The notes under the pieces were generated by a model that was given only the letters and a program-made list of their open reading frames with translations, was not told the origin of the DNA and made no database searches. DNA of 64,000 nucleotides. It comes from an uncultured delta proteobacterium (lineage in GTDB: Bacteria > Desulfobacterota > Binatia > UBA9968). The DNA lies in the NCBI GenBank assembly GCA_963760795.1, contig CAVXEP010000005.1, positions 1 to 64,000 on the forward strand, in the 5' to 3' direction. The position numbers and the translations under genes were made by a program. Positions 41,935 to 52,235 of this stretch are shown here, one piece after another; positions within the stretch are counted from its first letter, which is position 1, and each line of letters opens with the position of its first letter.

Positions 41935-42863
41935 CTATTTTTTGACCAAGGCCAAGACTTCGCGCGCCAGGCGCCTTTTGGCGGCGATATCACCCATGCG
42001 AATATTGGTGCAGCTCGGCATAACTTTGACTGCCTCGACCGCCGGCACGGCAGCACGATCTTCATCGGCAATCAGCAGCGTATCGAGAAAGTCGGCGTAA
42101 CAGCCAGCGACACCCGCAGCGGAAGCAGCGAAACCGCTGGCGACCATGAGCTTATGCGCCGGGCCGGAAATCGCCGCGCCACCGATGATCGGACTCACAC
42201 CGACCACCGGAGCGCTGAATCTGTTTGAGCGCCGCGCGAATTCCTGGAACCGCGAGAATCGGGCCGATGCTGGTGATCGGGTTGCTCGGACAAACGATGA
42301 TCGCCGCGGCGACTGCTGAATCGCGTCCAACACACCCGGCGCCGGCTGGCTTGCACGGCGCCGACGAAATGGACTGAAGTCACTTCGCGTGCCCAGCGCT
42401 CCTTGACGAAGAATTCCTGAAAGGAAAGCTCCCCCTGGGGCGTCCGCACGCGCGTCTCGACGCGGTCGTCAGACATCGGCAAGATTCTCGACTGAACTCC
42501 TAACCGTCGGCGAATGCGCTCGGTCACTTCAGACAGTTTCAGCCCTTCGTTGAGCAACTGGGTCCGCGTGATATGGGTCGCCAAATCTTTATCGCCGAGA
42601 TTGAACCACGCGTCATTGCCGAGCCGGCGCAGCTGCTCCAGCGCTGTGAAAGTGTCGCCGCGAATTCCCCAGCCCTTCTCACTGTCGCTCAAGTCCGCCA
42701 GCGTGTAAGTGATCGTGTCGATATCCGGCGATACGTACAGGCCGTGAAAAACCGCATCGTCGCCGGTGTTACAGATAATCGTCAGCTCGGCTGGATCGAT
42801 CTCAGCGGCCAAGCCTTCGATGAGTTTTGCACCGCCGGTGCCGCCGGTGAGAACGACCAGCAT
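41935..42863 (-). CDS. cofD: 2-phospho-L-lactate transferase, with indels
   Basis: GGTGGAK, NTGDD, SPDIDTITY, LGDKDLATH, LPMSD, FQEFFV, VSPIIGG..GPA. Confidence 0.92.
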
Positions 42864-44086
42864 CAGGAAAGCCTTGGGGAAGGTGAAGTAATGGAGTGCT
42901 GGAGTACCGGAGTGATGCCTAGCGGGCCGCCATTTTTGACCAAGCCATCGGCATCGCACAGCGGCTCGATGTAGGAACGAACACGCGCCGGCAGATACTT
43001 GTCCCCCTGGCGAATATACTCGGGATAAATCGGCAGCCGCGCTTTCAGTTCGAATCCCGCCTGCGCGCTTTTCTCCTGGAGCAAGCGCAGCGCCGGCCAG
43101 GGCGCCTCGGGATTGATAAAGTCCGGCGTCAGCGGCGACACGCCGCCCCAGTCGTTGATGCCGGCGTCGAGATAAAGCTCATAGCCCTCCGGCGTCAAAT
43201 TGGGCGGCGCTTGGATATTCATCCCACCGCCGAGGATCAAGCGCGCAAGGGCGATGGTCTTGCCCATGTCGTTTCTGGTCGCGTCGGGATGGCCGTGCAT
43301 CGGAGTCCTCGGTTTCGCGCGAAAATTCTGCACGATCACTTCTTGAATGTGACCGTAGCGATCGTGCAGCTCGCGAATTGCCAACAGCGAGTCAATTCTC
43401 TCCTGCCAGTTCTCGCCGATACCGATAAGGATTCCCGTAGTAAAAGGAATCCGCAACTCACCGGCCAATTCCAAAGTGCGCAGCCGCACCGCCGGCTTTT
43501 TATCCGGCGCGTTATCGTGAGCGGCGCCGGCCAGCAGCAACCGCTCACTGACGCTTTCAAGCATCAGTCCCATGCTCGGGTTGAATTCCTTCAGCCGTTG
43601 TAAATCGCCGCGCCCCATGACGCCTGGATTCGAATGCGGCAAAAGTCCGGTCTCTTCCAGCACAACGCGGCAAGCCTCGACTAGATAATCGAGGGTTCGC
43701 TGGTAGCCGCGCTCGGTCAAGAATTGTTTCATTTCCGGGTAAATCGCCTCGGGCTTGTCGCCGAGGCTGAACAGCACCTCCGTGCAGCCCAGCGCTTTAC
43801 CCTGGCGCACCGAGCGCAACACCTCATCAAGCGTCATGGTTTTCGCGCCCGGCTCATCCGGCGCTTTGCGAAAGGTGCAATAGCCGCAAAAGTCCCGGCA
43901 CAGATTGGTCAGCGGCACGAAAATCTTCGGCGAATAAGTGACGGTGCGACCCTTATGTCGGTCGCGCAGCTCGGCCGCGGTCGCCAGAAGTGCCTGCAAG
44001 GTATCTCCCTCGGCGTCAACCAAAGATAGCGCCGAACCACGGGATAAGAGTTTCCCCTGTCGGCAGTCTTGAAGAATCGTACGCAT
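42863..44086 (-). CDS. cofG: FO synthase subunit CofG (radical SAM); start approximate
   Basis: VTYSPK..PLTNLCRDFCGYCTF, LPHSNPG, SMGLMLE, FTTGILIGIGE, QEVIVQNF, QAPPNL, GINDWGG. Confidence 0.92.
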   Translation of the reverse strand: MRTILQDCRQGKLLSRGSALSLVDAEGDTLQALLATAAELRDRHKGRTVTYSPKIFVPLTNLCRDFCGYCTFRKAPDEPGAKTMTLDEVLRSVRQGKALGCTEVLFSLGDKPEAIYPEMKQFLTERGYQRTLDYLVEACRVVLEETGLLPHSNPGVMGRGDLQRLKEFNPSMGLMLESVSERLLLAGAAHDNAPDKKPAVRLRTLELAGELRIPFTTGILIGIGENWQERIDSLLAIRELHDRYGHIQEVIVQNFRAKPRTPMHGHPDATRNDMGKTIALARLILGGGMNIQAPPNLTPEGYELYLDAGINDWGGVSPLTPDFINPEAPWPALRLLQEKSAQAGFELKARLPIYPEYIRQGDKYLPARVRSYIEPLCDADGLVKNGGPLGITPVLQHSITSPSPRLS

Positions 44087-44225
44087 CTGTTGTGTTTGAA
44101 TATCCAATTGACCGCCGGTATTCAAACCAGCGGCGAAGCGCGCCGAGCCGGCCAATTCCGGTTGCCCTTGAGACTTTCGCTGTGGTAGGTCTCGTGGTGT
44201 CGAGAAACTCGGGGAGGATATTACC

Positions 44226-45428
44226 ATGGACAACTTCGATAACGTTCTGGTCGTCGACGCGGACGGCCATGTTTATGAAGGAAATATCGACTTGCGACCG
44301 CGCATGCCGGAAAAGTGGCGCTCCCAGGCGCCGATTAACCTGAAAGACAACGAGGGCAACGGGCGCATGTTGCTCGAAGGCCGCATGTGGTCCGCCTCCC
44401 AGGGTCTCGGCCCCGGCGTCTCCGGTCCGATGACCGAGAAAGCACGCGGCTTTCGCGAAGGCATGGTCGACCCGCTGGCAAGGCTCAAAGACATGGACGC
44501 CGAAGGCATCGACGTCGCCATATTATTCGGCACCCAGATCGCCCTCACCGTCAACGGCTTGATGAGCAAAGAACTGTCCGCCGTGCTTTGCCACGCCTGC
44601 AACGATTGGTTGATGGAATACTGCTCGGCCGAGCCGAAAAGATTGCTCGGCGTCGGCCTGATTCCTTGCCAAGATCCCGCAGCCGCGGTGAAGGAATTGG
44701 AGTATTTGAAAAAAGCCGGCGCGGTCACGGCGATGCTGCCGACCAACGTCTACGGCTTGAACAACATGGGCGACAAGATGTTCGACCCGATCTATGAATG
44801 CGCCCAAGCCATCGGCATGACGCTGAGCGTCCATCCGCAAACCGGCCACGACGGTGTGCCCGGCGTTTCCGGCGTCATGGGCGCCGGCAGCGAGCGCTTT
44901 CGAAAATACGTCTACGTCCATATGACCGCGTTTCCCTTTGAACTGATGATCGCCATGATGCACATGATCGGCGAAGGCGTGTTCGATCGCTTCCCGAAAC
45001 TCAAGGTCGGCTTCATGGAGGGCGGCGCCGGATGGCTGCCGTTCTGGGCCGAACGCTTCGATGAACATATCGAAAAGCTCGCGCCGCAAATGCCCGAGTT
45101 AAAACGCCGGCCGAGTGAGATCATCAAAAGCAAGCAAATCGTCCTCACCTGCGAATCCGAAGAAACCGGTCTCGACCGCGTATTTGCCGCCAATGGCGAG
45201 GATACCGTGCTCTACGCTTCGGATTACTGCCATTGGGATTGCCACTTCCCCTACTCGGTGAAAGACGTGGTCGACAGCCAAGACCTGAGCTTCGCCCAGA
45301 AAGAAAAATTGCTTGGCAAGAACGCCGTTGACTTCTTCGAGCTGAAAAATCTGCCGAAGCCCAATGCGCTCAAGATCGCTCACACCAGCTGGGCCAACGG
45401 CGATCAACCTAAAGTCGCCATGGCCTGA
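44226..45428 (+). CDS. Amidohydrolase family 2 protein
   Basis: VDADGHV, CNDW, FMEGGAGW, ASDYCHWD; GGAGG RBS. Confidence 0.9.
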   Translation: MDNFDNVLVVDADGHVYEGNIDLRPRMPEKWRSQAPINLKDNEGNGRMLLEGRMWSASQGLGPGVSGPMTEKARGFREGMVDPLARLKDMDAEGIDVAILFGTQIALTVNGLMSKELSAVLCHACNDWLMEYCSAEPKRLLGVGLIPCQDPAAAVKELEYLKKAGAVTAMLPTNVYGLNNMGDKMFDPIYECAQAIGMTLSVHPQTGHDGVPGVSGVMGAGSERFRKYVYVHMTAFPFELMIAMMHMIGEGVFDRFPKLKVGFMEGGAGWLPFWAERFDEHIEKLAPQMPELKRRPSEIIKSKQIVLTCESEETGLDRVFAANGEDTVLYASDYCHWDCHFPYSVKDVVDSQDLSFAQKEKLLGKNAVDFFELKNLPKPNALKIAHTSWANGDQPKVAMA

Positions 45429-45439
45429 GGAGAGCCGGC

Positions 45440-46495
45440 ATGGAACCCTTAGATTCTCAGCACCAAGGGCGCGCGCACCGGCGTTCACGTTCAACCCGTC
45501 GTCCGCTTTTTCTTACCCTTGCCCTTCGAGGGAGAGGGAAGGGTGAGGGTAAGAAAGCCACACTTCAAGCGTGTCTCCTCTTCGCCACCGTCATGCTCAT
45601 TGCAGGGATAGCCCAGGGGGCGGAGAGCCCATATAAAATCCGCATCGGTTTCCCCTCACTGGCGTTTTCTTACATGCCCTTCTACGTCGCCCAGGAAAAA
45701 GGCATCTACAAGAAATATGGCATCGAGTCTGAGTACATTCAAATGACGTCAGCGATACAGCCTCAAGCAGTGGTCGCGGGTAACATCAATTACTTCACCT
45801 CGGTCTCGACCGGTATTTCCGCCGCCGTTGCCGGATTACCGTTGGTCATCCTCATGAACTTTTGCGACGTGTCACCTTGGGTCCTGGTAACCCATAAAGA
45901 CATCAACAGGCCGCAGGATCTAGTCGGCAAAACCGTCGCGCTCTCGGGACTCCGCTCTTCGCCGTATTATTTCTTTCAAGCCTTTCTGAAAAAATCAGAA
46001 ATTAACGAGAAGGATGTCCAAACCATCTACACCGGCGGCACCGCTGACAGCTATCGCGCGTTGACCACCAACCGCGTTGTCGGCACGATCTTGACGCCGC
46101 CCTTCGACGACAAGGCGGTGTCGCTGGGCTACAAGAAGTTCATGCAGTTAGGCGAGCTGGCGGACATTCCGTACGTCGGATTGGTGGCCTCGCAGAACGA
46201 ACTCAAGACCAATCGAGAATCCGTCCGTCGCACCGTAAATGCCGTGATCGAATCGGTCGCCTGGCTGCGCGCCAACCGCGCCGACAGCGTCAAGATGATC
46301 GTCGATAAGTTCAAAGTAAACCAGCAGGAAGCCGAAGGCACCTACGCGACGCTGATTAAAATCTTGAACAAAGACAGCCGCATGAATCCCAAAGTCGCCC
46401 GTGGCTATCTCGACATTTTGCGTCAAGAGCGCCCCATCGCCGCCGACTACGATCCGATGAAACATACCGATTTCTCCTTGCTGCCGCGCAGTTGA
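45440..46495 (+). CDS. ABC transporter substrate-binding protein (NitT/TauT family)
   Basis: P.YVAQEKG..KKYG, DLVGKTVA, PPFD; signal-like hydrophobic stretch; no permease nearby. Confidence 0.82.
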   Translation: MEPLDSQHQGRAHRRSRSTRRPLFLTLALRGRGKGEGKKATLQACLLFATVMLIAGIAQGAESPYKIRIGFPSLAFSYMPFYVAQEKGIYKKYGIESEYIQMTSAIQPQAVVAGNINYFTSVSTGISAAVAGLPLVILMNFCDVSPWVLVTHKDINRPQDLVGKTVALSGLRSSPYYFFQAFLKKSEINEKDVQTIYTGGTADSYRALTTNRVVGTILTPPFDDKAVSLGYKKFMQLGELADIPYVGLVASQNELKTNRESVRRTVNAVIESVAWLRANRADSVKMIVDKFKVNQQEAEGTYATLIKILNKDSRMNPKVARGYLDILRQERPIAADYDPMKHTDFSLLPRS

Positions 46496-46512
46496 TACGC
46501 GACAATTGCGGC

Positions 46513-47175
46513 ATGCGGTTAATCGTTAGAAAAACCTTCGTCCTCGTCTGGCTAATCGGCGTTTGTCTAAGTGCGAGCCCCGTCTCCCGCGCCGGCGCGC
46601 AAACAACTCGGCATATCAAGGTCGTACTGCACTCCCAGCAGACCGAAAGCTTGAACCGCGACGGCGTTCAGGGCAGCGGCAGCGTGGTCATCCGCCGCGG
46701 CACTGTCAGTCCGTCCGGGCGCGTCATCGCCAACGAACGTCAGACCACAATCCAACGAACCACCGGGATATTTACTCTGGTGCTCGACGGCGGCGAGTCG
46801 ATCCTGACTGTGGCCACGCGGGTGCCGCAGAGCCAGGTGAGCTATTTTTACAACTACGCCCTTGGCGGCGGCTATGTCGAGCGGCGCATCGTCTTCAACG
46901 ATGTCGGCACGTCACTAAAGGTCCACGCTACCACGCTGGCCGAAGGTCAAATCAGATTACGCCTGACGCCGCGCATTAGTTATTTTTCGATCGAGCGGCC
47001 GGGAGCCATCGATTTCACCGAAGCAGCAACGGAAATCATTGTGCCCAACGGCCAACTGGTTTCACTCGGCGGGGCAACGAGCAGCATGCATGAAGTGACC
47101 CGGCAGATCTTAGGCTACCAGAACCGCTCCAGCAGCGACGAAAGCCATCTCCAAGTCAGCGCGACGATCCAATAG
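46513..47175 (+). CDS. Secreted protein resembling an isolated secretin C-domain
   Basis: Signal peptide; VLDGGESIL, DVGTSLKV, IRLRLTPRIS, ATEIIVPNGQLVSLGG resemble secretin beta-strands. Confidence 0.55.
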   Translation: MRLIVRKTFVLVWLIGVCLSASPVSRAGAQTTRHIKVVLHSQQTESLNRDGVQGSGSVVIRRGTVSPSGRVIANERQTTIQRTTGIFTLVLDGGESILTVATRVPQSQVSYFYNYALGGGYVERRIVFNDVGTSLKVHATTLAEGQIRLRLTPRISYFSIERPGAIDFTEAATEIIVPNGQLVSLGGATSSMHEVTRQILGYQNRSSSDESHLQVSATIQ

Positions 47176-47420
47176 ATTTCATTTGACCGTCACGCCAGTC
47201 CGCTGTACCTCCGTTGATGGGGGCACTCGCCCGATCGCAGTTGAAATATCACGTAGGGTCATTGTATGAACCGGCTTCTCGGACTTTTCCTTTTTTGTAG
47301 TTGCTTGACCTCCAGCGCCTTGGCCCAGCCAGCGGCAGAACCTGTGCGCGCGGGTTCGAGGCTTGACAAACCGCCCTCGCCTTGATGACCTAACAGCCTA
47401 TAAGCAAGGAGGATTCCCCC

Positions 47421-48515
47421 ATGCCATACAAAGGACACACGATTATCGACGGCGACGGTCATGTGATCGAGGACACCAAAGCGATCATCGATTACATGCC
47501 GCAATCCTATCGCGACAAATATGACACCCATCCATTTTTCAATCCCTTTCCGCCTCTCGACCATTTGCACTCGGCGAACATGCACGACTTTCCTCCCGGC
47601 GCGTTCAATAAAGTCGGCCCCGCCGGCTGGGTCGATTTTCTCGAAGATATCGGTATCGAAAAAACCGTGCTCTATACCACGCTCGGTTTGGCGTTCGGTA
47701 AGATCGTCAGCCGCGACTGGGCCATCGATGTCGCGCGCGGCTACAACGACTGGATTTACCACACCTACATGAAATTCAACCCGCGCTTCCAAGCAATGGG
47801 CTTGCTGCCGCTGCAGGAGCCGAGCGCAGCGGTGGAAGAACTGCGACGGATCATTAAAGAACTGGGCATGTGCGGCGCCATGCTGCCGTCCACCGGCATC
47901 CAAGCGCACTTGGGCGATCAGTGCTACTGGCCGATCTACGAGGAGGCCAACAAGCTCGGCTGCGCCATTGGCATCCACGGCGGCGCACATGAGAACCTAG
48001 GCCTCGATGATCTAACCCCATACGCCCCGGTGCACGCCCTCGGCCATCCCTTCGGCCAGATGATCTCTTTCGCCGGCATCGTCTTTAACGGTGTCTTCGA
48101 CAAGTTTCCCAACGTCAAGTTCGGCTTCATGGAAGGCGGCGTCGCCTGGCTGCTGATGTGCCTGGAACGCTTCGACCGTTCCTGGGAAACCCACATTCAA
48201 CGCGACCCGCGCAAGCGATTTCTCGATTTGAAGCCAAAGGAAAAAGTTTGCGAGTATATCGCCCGTCATGTCGACGCCGGTCGCATCTTCGTCGGCTGCG
48301 AAGGCGAAGAGCCGGATATCGCCCACGCGATTAAACGAATCGGCAACAAACCCTGGGTCTACTCCAGCGACTACCCGCACGAAGTCAACAACGAGTACTG
48401 CAAGCACGAAATCAACGAAATGCTGGAGAACCCGGACATCACCGAAGCCGACAAGGCCGCCGTCCTGCATGGCAACGCGCGGCGGTTTTACAACCTCGGA
48501 GCTCCGGGATTATAA
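47421..48515 (+). CDS. Amidohydrolase family 2 protein
   Basis: IIDGDGHVIE, GYNDW, FMEGGVAW, SSDYPHE; AGGAGG RBS; TTGACA at 47364. Confidence 0.9.
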   Translation: MPYKGHTIIDGDGHVIEDTKAIIDYMPQSYRDKYDTHPFFNPFPPLDHLHSANMHDFPPGAFNKVGPAGWVDFLEDIGIEKTVLYTTLGLAFGKIVSRDWAIDVARGYNDWIYHTYMKFNPRFQAMGLLPLQEPSAAVEELRRIIKELGMCGAMLPSTGIQAHLGDQCYWPIYEEANKLGCAIGIHGGAHENLGLDDLTPYAPVHALGHPFGQMISFAGIVFNGVFDKFPNVKFGFMEGGVAWLLMCLERFDRSWETHIQRDPRKRFLDLKPKEKVCEYIARHVDAGRIFVGCEGEEPDIAHAIKRIGNKPWVYSSDYPHEVNNEYCKHEINEMLENPDITEADKAAVLHGNARRFYNLGAPGL

Positions 48516-48539
48516 AAGCCAGGCGAAATTTTGCCCGAA

Positions 48540-48580
48540 AAACAAAAGGCGAGCCTCGCGGTTCGCCTTTTGTTTTTGTT
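48540..48580 (+). terminator. Intrinsic terminator, possibly bidirectional
   Basis: aaacaaaaggcga-gcctcgcggt-tcgccttttgttt hairpin with U tract. Confidence 0.7.
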
Positions 48581-48736
48581 ACCATTTATGAACGGATAGT
48601 GACAAACGAACTGTGCACGGTTCTGATTATGTTTTGCCGAAAGAACTTCTTGACAACCCCTGGGGTCGCCGTGAAATAGTCAGTCCCACCGGGGAAATCG
48701 TGACTCGATTCCGTAAAAAATATTAGGAGAATTCCC

Positions 48737-49438
48737 ATGGCAACTCCATTAAGCATCGGCCTCATCATTCCGTCGGCCAATCGCCTGACCGAGCCGCAGT
48801 TCAACACCTACCTTCCCGCTAGCGTTGGCGCCTTTGTCACGCGCTTGCGCATGGCCGGTAAGCACCGCAAACCTCTGGCGGAGTTGAAGCCGTCGCTGAT
48901 CGAGGCCGCTGAAGCGCTGTCCGACGTAAAACCGAGCGTCATCGTGTTTCATTGCACGGCCAACTCGATGGAAAGCGGACTGGACCACGAAAAGGCGATC
49001 GTCGACATCATCAAGCAGGCCAGCGGTTGCCCGACCATCACCACCGCCCAAGCTCTGACCCAGGCGTTCGACCATGTCGGTATCAAGAAACTCGTGCTGA
49101 TCAGCCCCTACGTTCAGGCCACCAACCAGCTCGAAGTGAATTATCTGAGCGAGACTGGCTACACCGTGCTGCACGAGAAAGGACTGGCGCTCGACTCTCA
49201 AGCCTACTCAACGGTCACGCCGGAGGAATGGAAGAAAGTGGTGAATGAGAATCTGCGCAGCGACGCCGACGGCTATTTTTTGAGCTGCACCAATACCCGC
49301 ATGATCGAAACCATTACTGACCTCGAGCGCGATTTGGGTAAGCCGGTGATTAACAGCAATCAAGCGACGATCTGGGCCTGTTTGAATAAACTCGGCGTCA
49401 AGCACACCGACTCCCGCCTCGGCCGCTTGTTCAACTAA
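48737..49438 (+). CDS. Maleate isomerase/arylmalonate decarboxylase (Asp/Glu racemase superfamily)
   Basis: GLIIPSAN, HCTA, SPY, LSCTN, PVINSNQA. Confidence 0.85.
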   Translation: MATPLSIGLIIPSANRLTEPQFNTYLPASVGAFVTRLRMAGKHRKPLAELKPSLIEAAEALSDVKPSVIVFHCTANSMESGLDHEKAIVDIIKQASGCPTITTAQALTQAFDHVGIKKLVLISPYVQATNQLEVNYLSETGYTVLHEKGLALDSQAYSTVTPEEWKKVVNENLRSDADGYFLSCTNTRMIETITDLERDLGKPVINSNQATIWACLNKLGVKHTDSRLGRLFN

Positions 49439-49455
49439 CGAATAATTTCCCCAAT

Positions 49456-49504
49456 GGAGGGCGGACATTCCTGTCCGCCAGGCGGGTTGGAAAACCCGCC
49501 CTCC
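49456..49504. repeat. REP doublet
   Basis: ggagggcggacattcctgtccgcc-a-ggcgggttggaaaacccgccctcc. Confidence 0.6.
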
Positions 49505-49752
49505 TTTGGGCTAGAAACCAGTAGGCGAATTTTTCAGCAGCCCACCCGGCAATGGGTAAGCACGGAGCAGTGAAGCCACCTGACTGTGCAGTCGCAGAGT
49601 TTTATTCATCCACCGCGCCGAGCTTTCGCGTACCTAGCGCTCTATCCGGATGCACCATAGTCCAATAAGTGCTCAGAGGCAGTGGCCCATTGGCTTCATT
49701 GCGGAGGGCTTGCCCATTGCCGTGCGTTCATTGCCAAACGCGGCATCTGAAC

Positions 49753-52011
49753 CTAGAAAAGCGTCGCACTTGCGTGCGTTGCCAAGGCGCCGATCAGCCT
49801 TTCTTTAAGCCCGGTATTGCGAATCTCGACTCTGACGTTGCGGATCGCCATGCCGAGCGCTTTGCGGCTGCCGACGACGATGACGAGCTTTTTGCCGCGC
49901 GTCACCGCGGTGTAAAGGATGCTGCGGTAGAGCATGATGTAGTGCGAAGTGTGCAGCGGTAAGATCACCACGGGATATTCACTGCCCTGGCTTTTGTGAA
50001 TCGAGGTCGCGTAGGCCAGACTGATCTCATCCCACTCGTCGGCCTCGTACTCGACGACTCGTTCGTCATAGTCGACGCGAATCTTGGCATCGTCGCGGTC
50101 GATGGAGACAATCCGTCCGAGATCGCCGTTGAAAACCGCCTTGTCGTAGTTGTTGCGCAGCTGCATGACCTTGTCGCGCACGCGTAAAGTCATACCCGGC
50201 CGCTCGATCGCTTGGCCGGTTGGATTGAAGAGCGCTTGCAAATCCCGATTGAGTTGAATCGTGCCGAGTAAGCCGCGGTGCATGGGCGTCAGGAGCTGCA
50301 CCGACTGGACGATCTGTTCCGGCGGCGCGCCGAGCCATTGCGGGATGCGCTCGCGCAACAGCTCTTTGATCGTTTCAAGAATCTCTTCCTCGCTCTCGCG
50401 GGCGATGAAATCGAAGTCGCGCCGCTCGCGCGCATCGGAAAACTCCAAGTTCTGTCCCTGGAGTATCCGGTGGGCATTGACCACGATCAAGCTCTGTTGC
50501 TCCTGGCGAAAAATGCGCCGCAGGGTCGCCACCGGAACCGACTGTGAATCGATCAAATCCTTGAGCACGCTGCCCGGCCCCACCGAGGGCAACTGGTCGA
50601 CATCGCCGACGAGAATTAAGTGCGTGTGCGGCTCGATGGCGGCCAACAAATGATCCATCAGCGCAATGTCGACCATGGACGCCTCGTCGACGATGATGAC
50701 ATCCACTTGCAGCGGCTTATCGGCATTGCGTTGAAAGCCGCCTTCGCGCGGATTGTATTCGAGCAGGCGGTGCAGTGTGGTGGCATCTTCGCCGGTACTC
50801 TCGGTCATCCGTTTGGCCGCCCGCCCAGTCGGCGCGGCGAGAGCGAAAGTAACCTTGGCGCGCCGCAGGATCGCCAGCAACGACATCAGCAAGGTGGTTT
50901 TACCCGTCCCCGGCCCGCCGGTGATGACAAAAACCTTTTCCTGCAATGCCCGTCGCGCCGCGCTGACCTGATCTTCATCGAGGTTGATCGGCAGGTCGGC
51001 GAACAGCGCACCACTCAACAGATCGATGGCGCCGCGCCTAACGCCCTGGTCTTTCTCCCACGGCCGCGGCCGCCGTTCGCCTTGGAGAAACGACGGAGTG
51101 GTCAAGAGCCGGGCAAGCGCTTGGGCTACTCTTTGCTCCGCCTCGAACAAATTCACCAGATAAACGCGGGTGAGGTGCGGATCGCGCTCGCTCTGCAAAA
51201 TGACCTCGCCGCGCTCAGCGAGTTTCTCCACCGCGATATCGATACGCTCGTCATCGACTTCGAGCAGTTGGCAAGCGCCTTTTGCCAGCGCGGTTAACGG
51301 CAAGTAGCAGTGACCGCGCTCCGACGATTCGCGCAACACATGCAGCACACCGGCCTGCACCCGCAGCGGAAAATCGCCGCGGATGCCGATATGGCCGGCG
51401 AGCCGGTCGGCGAGCAGAAAGCCGATGCCATGCACCTGCTGCGCGAGCGCATAGGGATTTTCTCTAACCTGAGCGACCGTGTCGGCGCCAAACACTCGAT
51501 AAATGCGCAGCGCCAGGGAAGCGCCGACGCCGTGCCCCTGAAGAAATACCATGACATCCTGCATGCCGCGCTGGGCCTGCCAGGCTTCCATGATCCGGCG
51601 TGCGCGCACCTCGCCGATACCGTCGACATCGAGAACCCGCAGCGGTTCTTCGGATAACACCCGCAGGGTCTCCAAACCGAAGGCGCCGACCAAACGCTTG
51701 GCGTAGGTCGGCCCGATCCCTTTGATCATGCCCGAGCCGAGATACTTTTCGATACCTTCGAGGGTCGCCGGATCGACCTTGGTCCAATGGTCGACCAGAA
51801 ATTGCAGGCCGTAACGGGCATGGCGCTTCCACACGCCGGTGACTTTGATCTCCTCACCTTCTGAAAGCGGAAACAGCACGCCGACCACCGTAGCGGCCGG
51901 TCCGCCGTCTTCGTCCAGGCGCGCCACCGTGTAGTGGCTCTCAGGATGCTGATAGGTGATCCGGCTGATGGTGCCCTGGATGGAAGTGAGTTCGTTCTGT
52001 TTATCCGCCAA
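49753..52011 (-). CDS. recD2: ATP-dependent RecD-like helicase (RecD2)
   Basis: YLGSGMIKGIGP, NPY, GGPGTGKT, APTGRAAKR, DEASM, GDVDQLPSVGPG, HKSQGSEY, YTAVTRG. Confidence 0.95.
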   Translation of the reverse strand: MADKQNELTSIQGTISRITYQHPESHYTVARLDEDGGPAATVVGVLFPLSEGEEIKVTGVWKRHARYGLQFLVDHWTKVDPATLEGIEKYLGSGMIKGIGPTYAKRLVGAFGLETLRVLSEEPLRVLDVDGIGEVRARRIMEAWQAQRGMQDVMVFLQGHGVGASLALRIYRVFGADTVAQVRENPYALAQQVHGIGFLLADRLAGHIGIRGDFPLRVQAGVLHVLRESSERGHCYLPLTALAKGACQLLEVDDERIDIAVEKLAERGEVILQSERDPHLTRVYLVNLFEAEQRVAQALARLLTTPSFLQGERRPRPWEKDQGVRRGAIDLLSGALFADLPINLDEDQVSAARRALQEKVFVITGGPGTGKTTLLMSLLAILRRAKVTFALAAPTGRAAKRMTESTGEDATTLHRLLEYNPREGGFQRNADKPLQVDVIIVDEASMVDIALMDHLLAAIEPHTHLILVGDVDQLPSVGPGSVLKDLIDSQSVPVATLRRIFRQEQQSLIVVNAHRILQGQNLEFSDARERRDFDFIARESEEEILETIKELLRERIPQWLGAPPEQIVQSVQLLTPMHRGLLGTIQLNRDLQALFNPTGQAIERPGMTLRVRDKVMQLRNNYDKAVFNGDLGRIVSIDRDDAKIRVDYDERVVEYEADEWDEISLAYATSIHKSQGSEYPVVILPLHTSHYIMLYRSILYTAVTRGKKLVIVVGSRKALGMAIRNVRVEIRNTGLKERLIGALATHASATLF

Positions 52012-52235
52012 AAAATACTCCCTATGGAGGCGATCCTACTTGAAAGCGGTCAAAGCGTAAATCGCAGCCCTTGCCTTTTCCCGGTGGGCCGCTAGAATTC
52101 CTATCAACCTCCATGCCCACTCGCAGCCCACGCCCGCGGCCCCGACAACATCGGTCGATTTGCTAGTACCACCACGCTGTTTTGCGCTTCGCTCGCTGCA
52201 TCGAAGCGCAAATCCCAAACGAGGAGACGGCATCG

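Noticed and set aside
49530-49543. tttttcagcagccc resembling the IS right end
   Set aside because: Only an 11-bp match, with no partner end or transposase.
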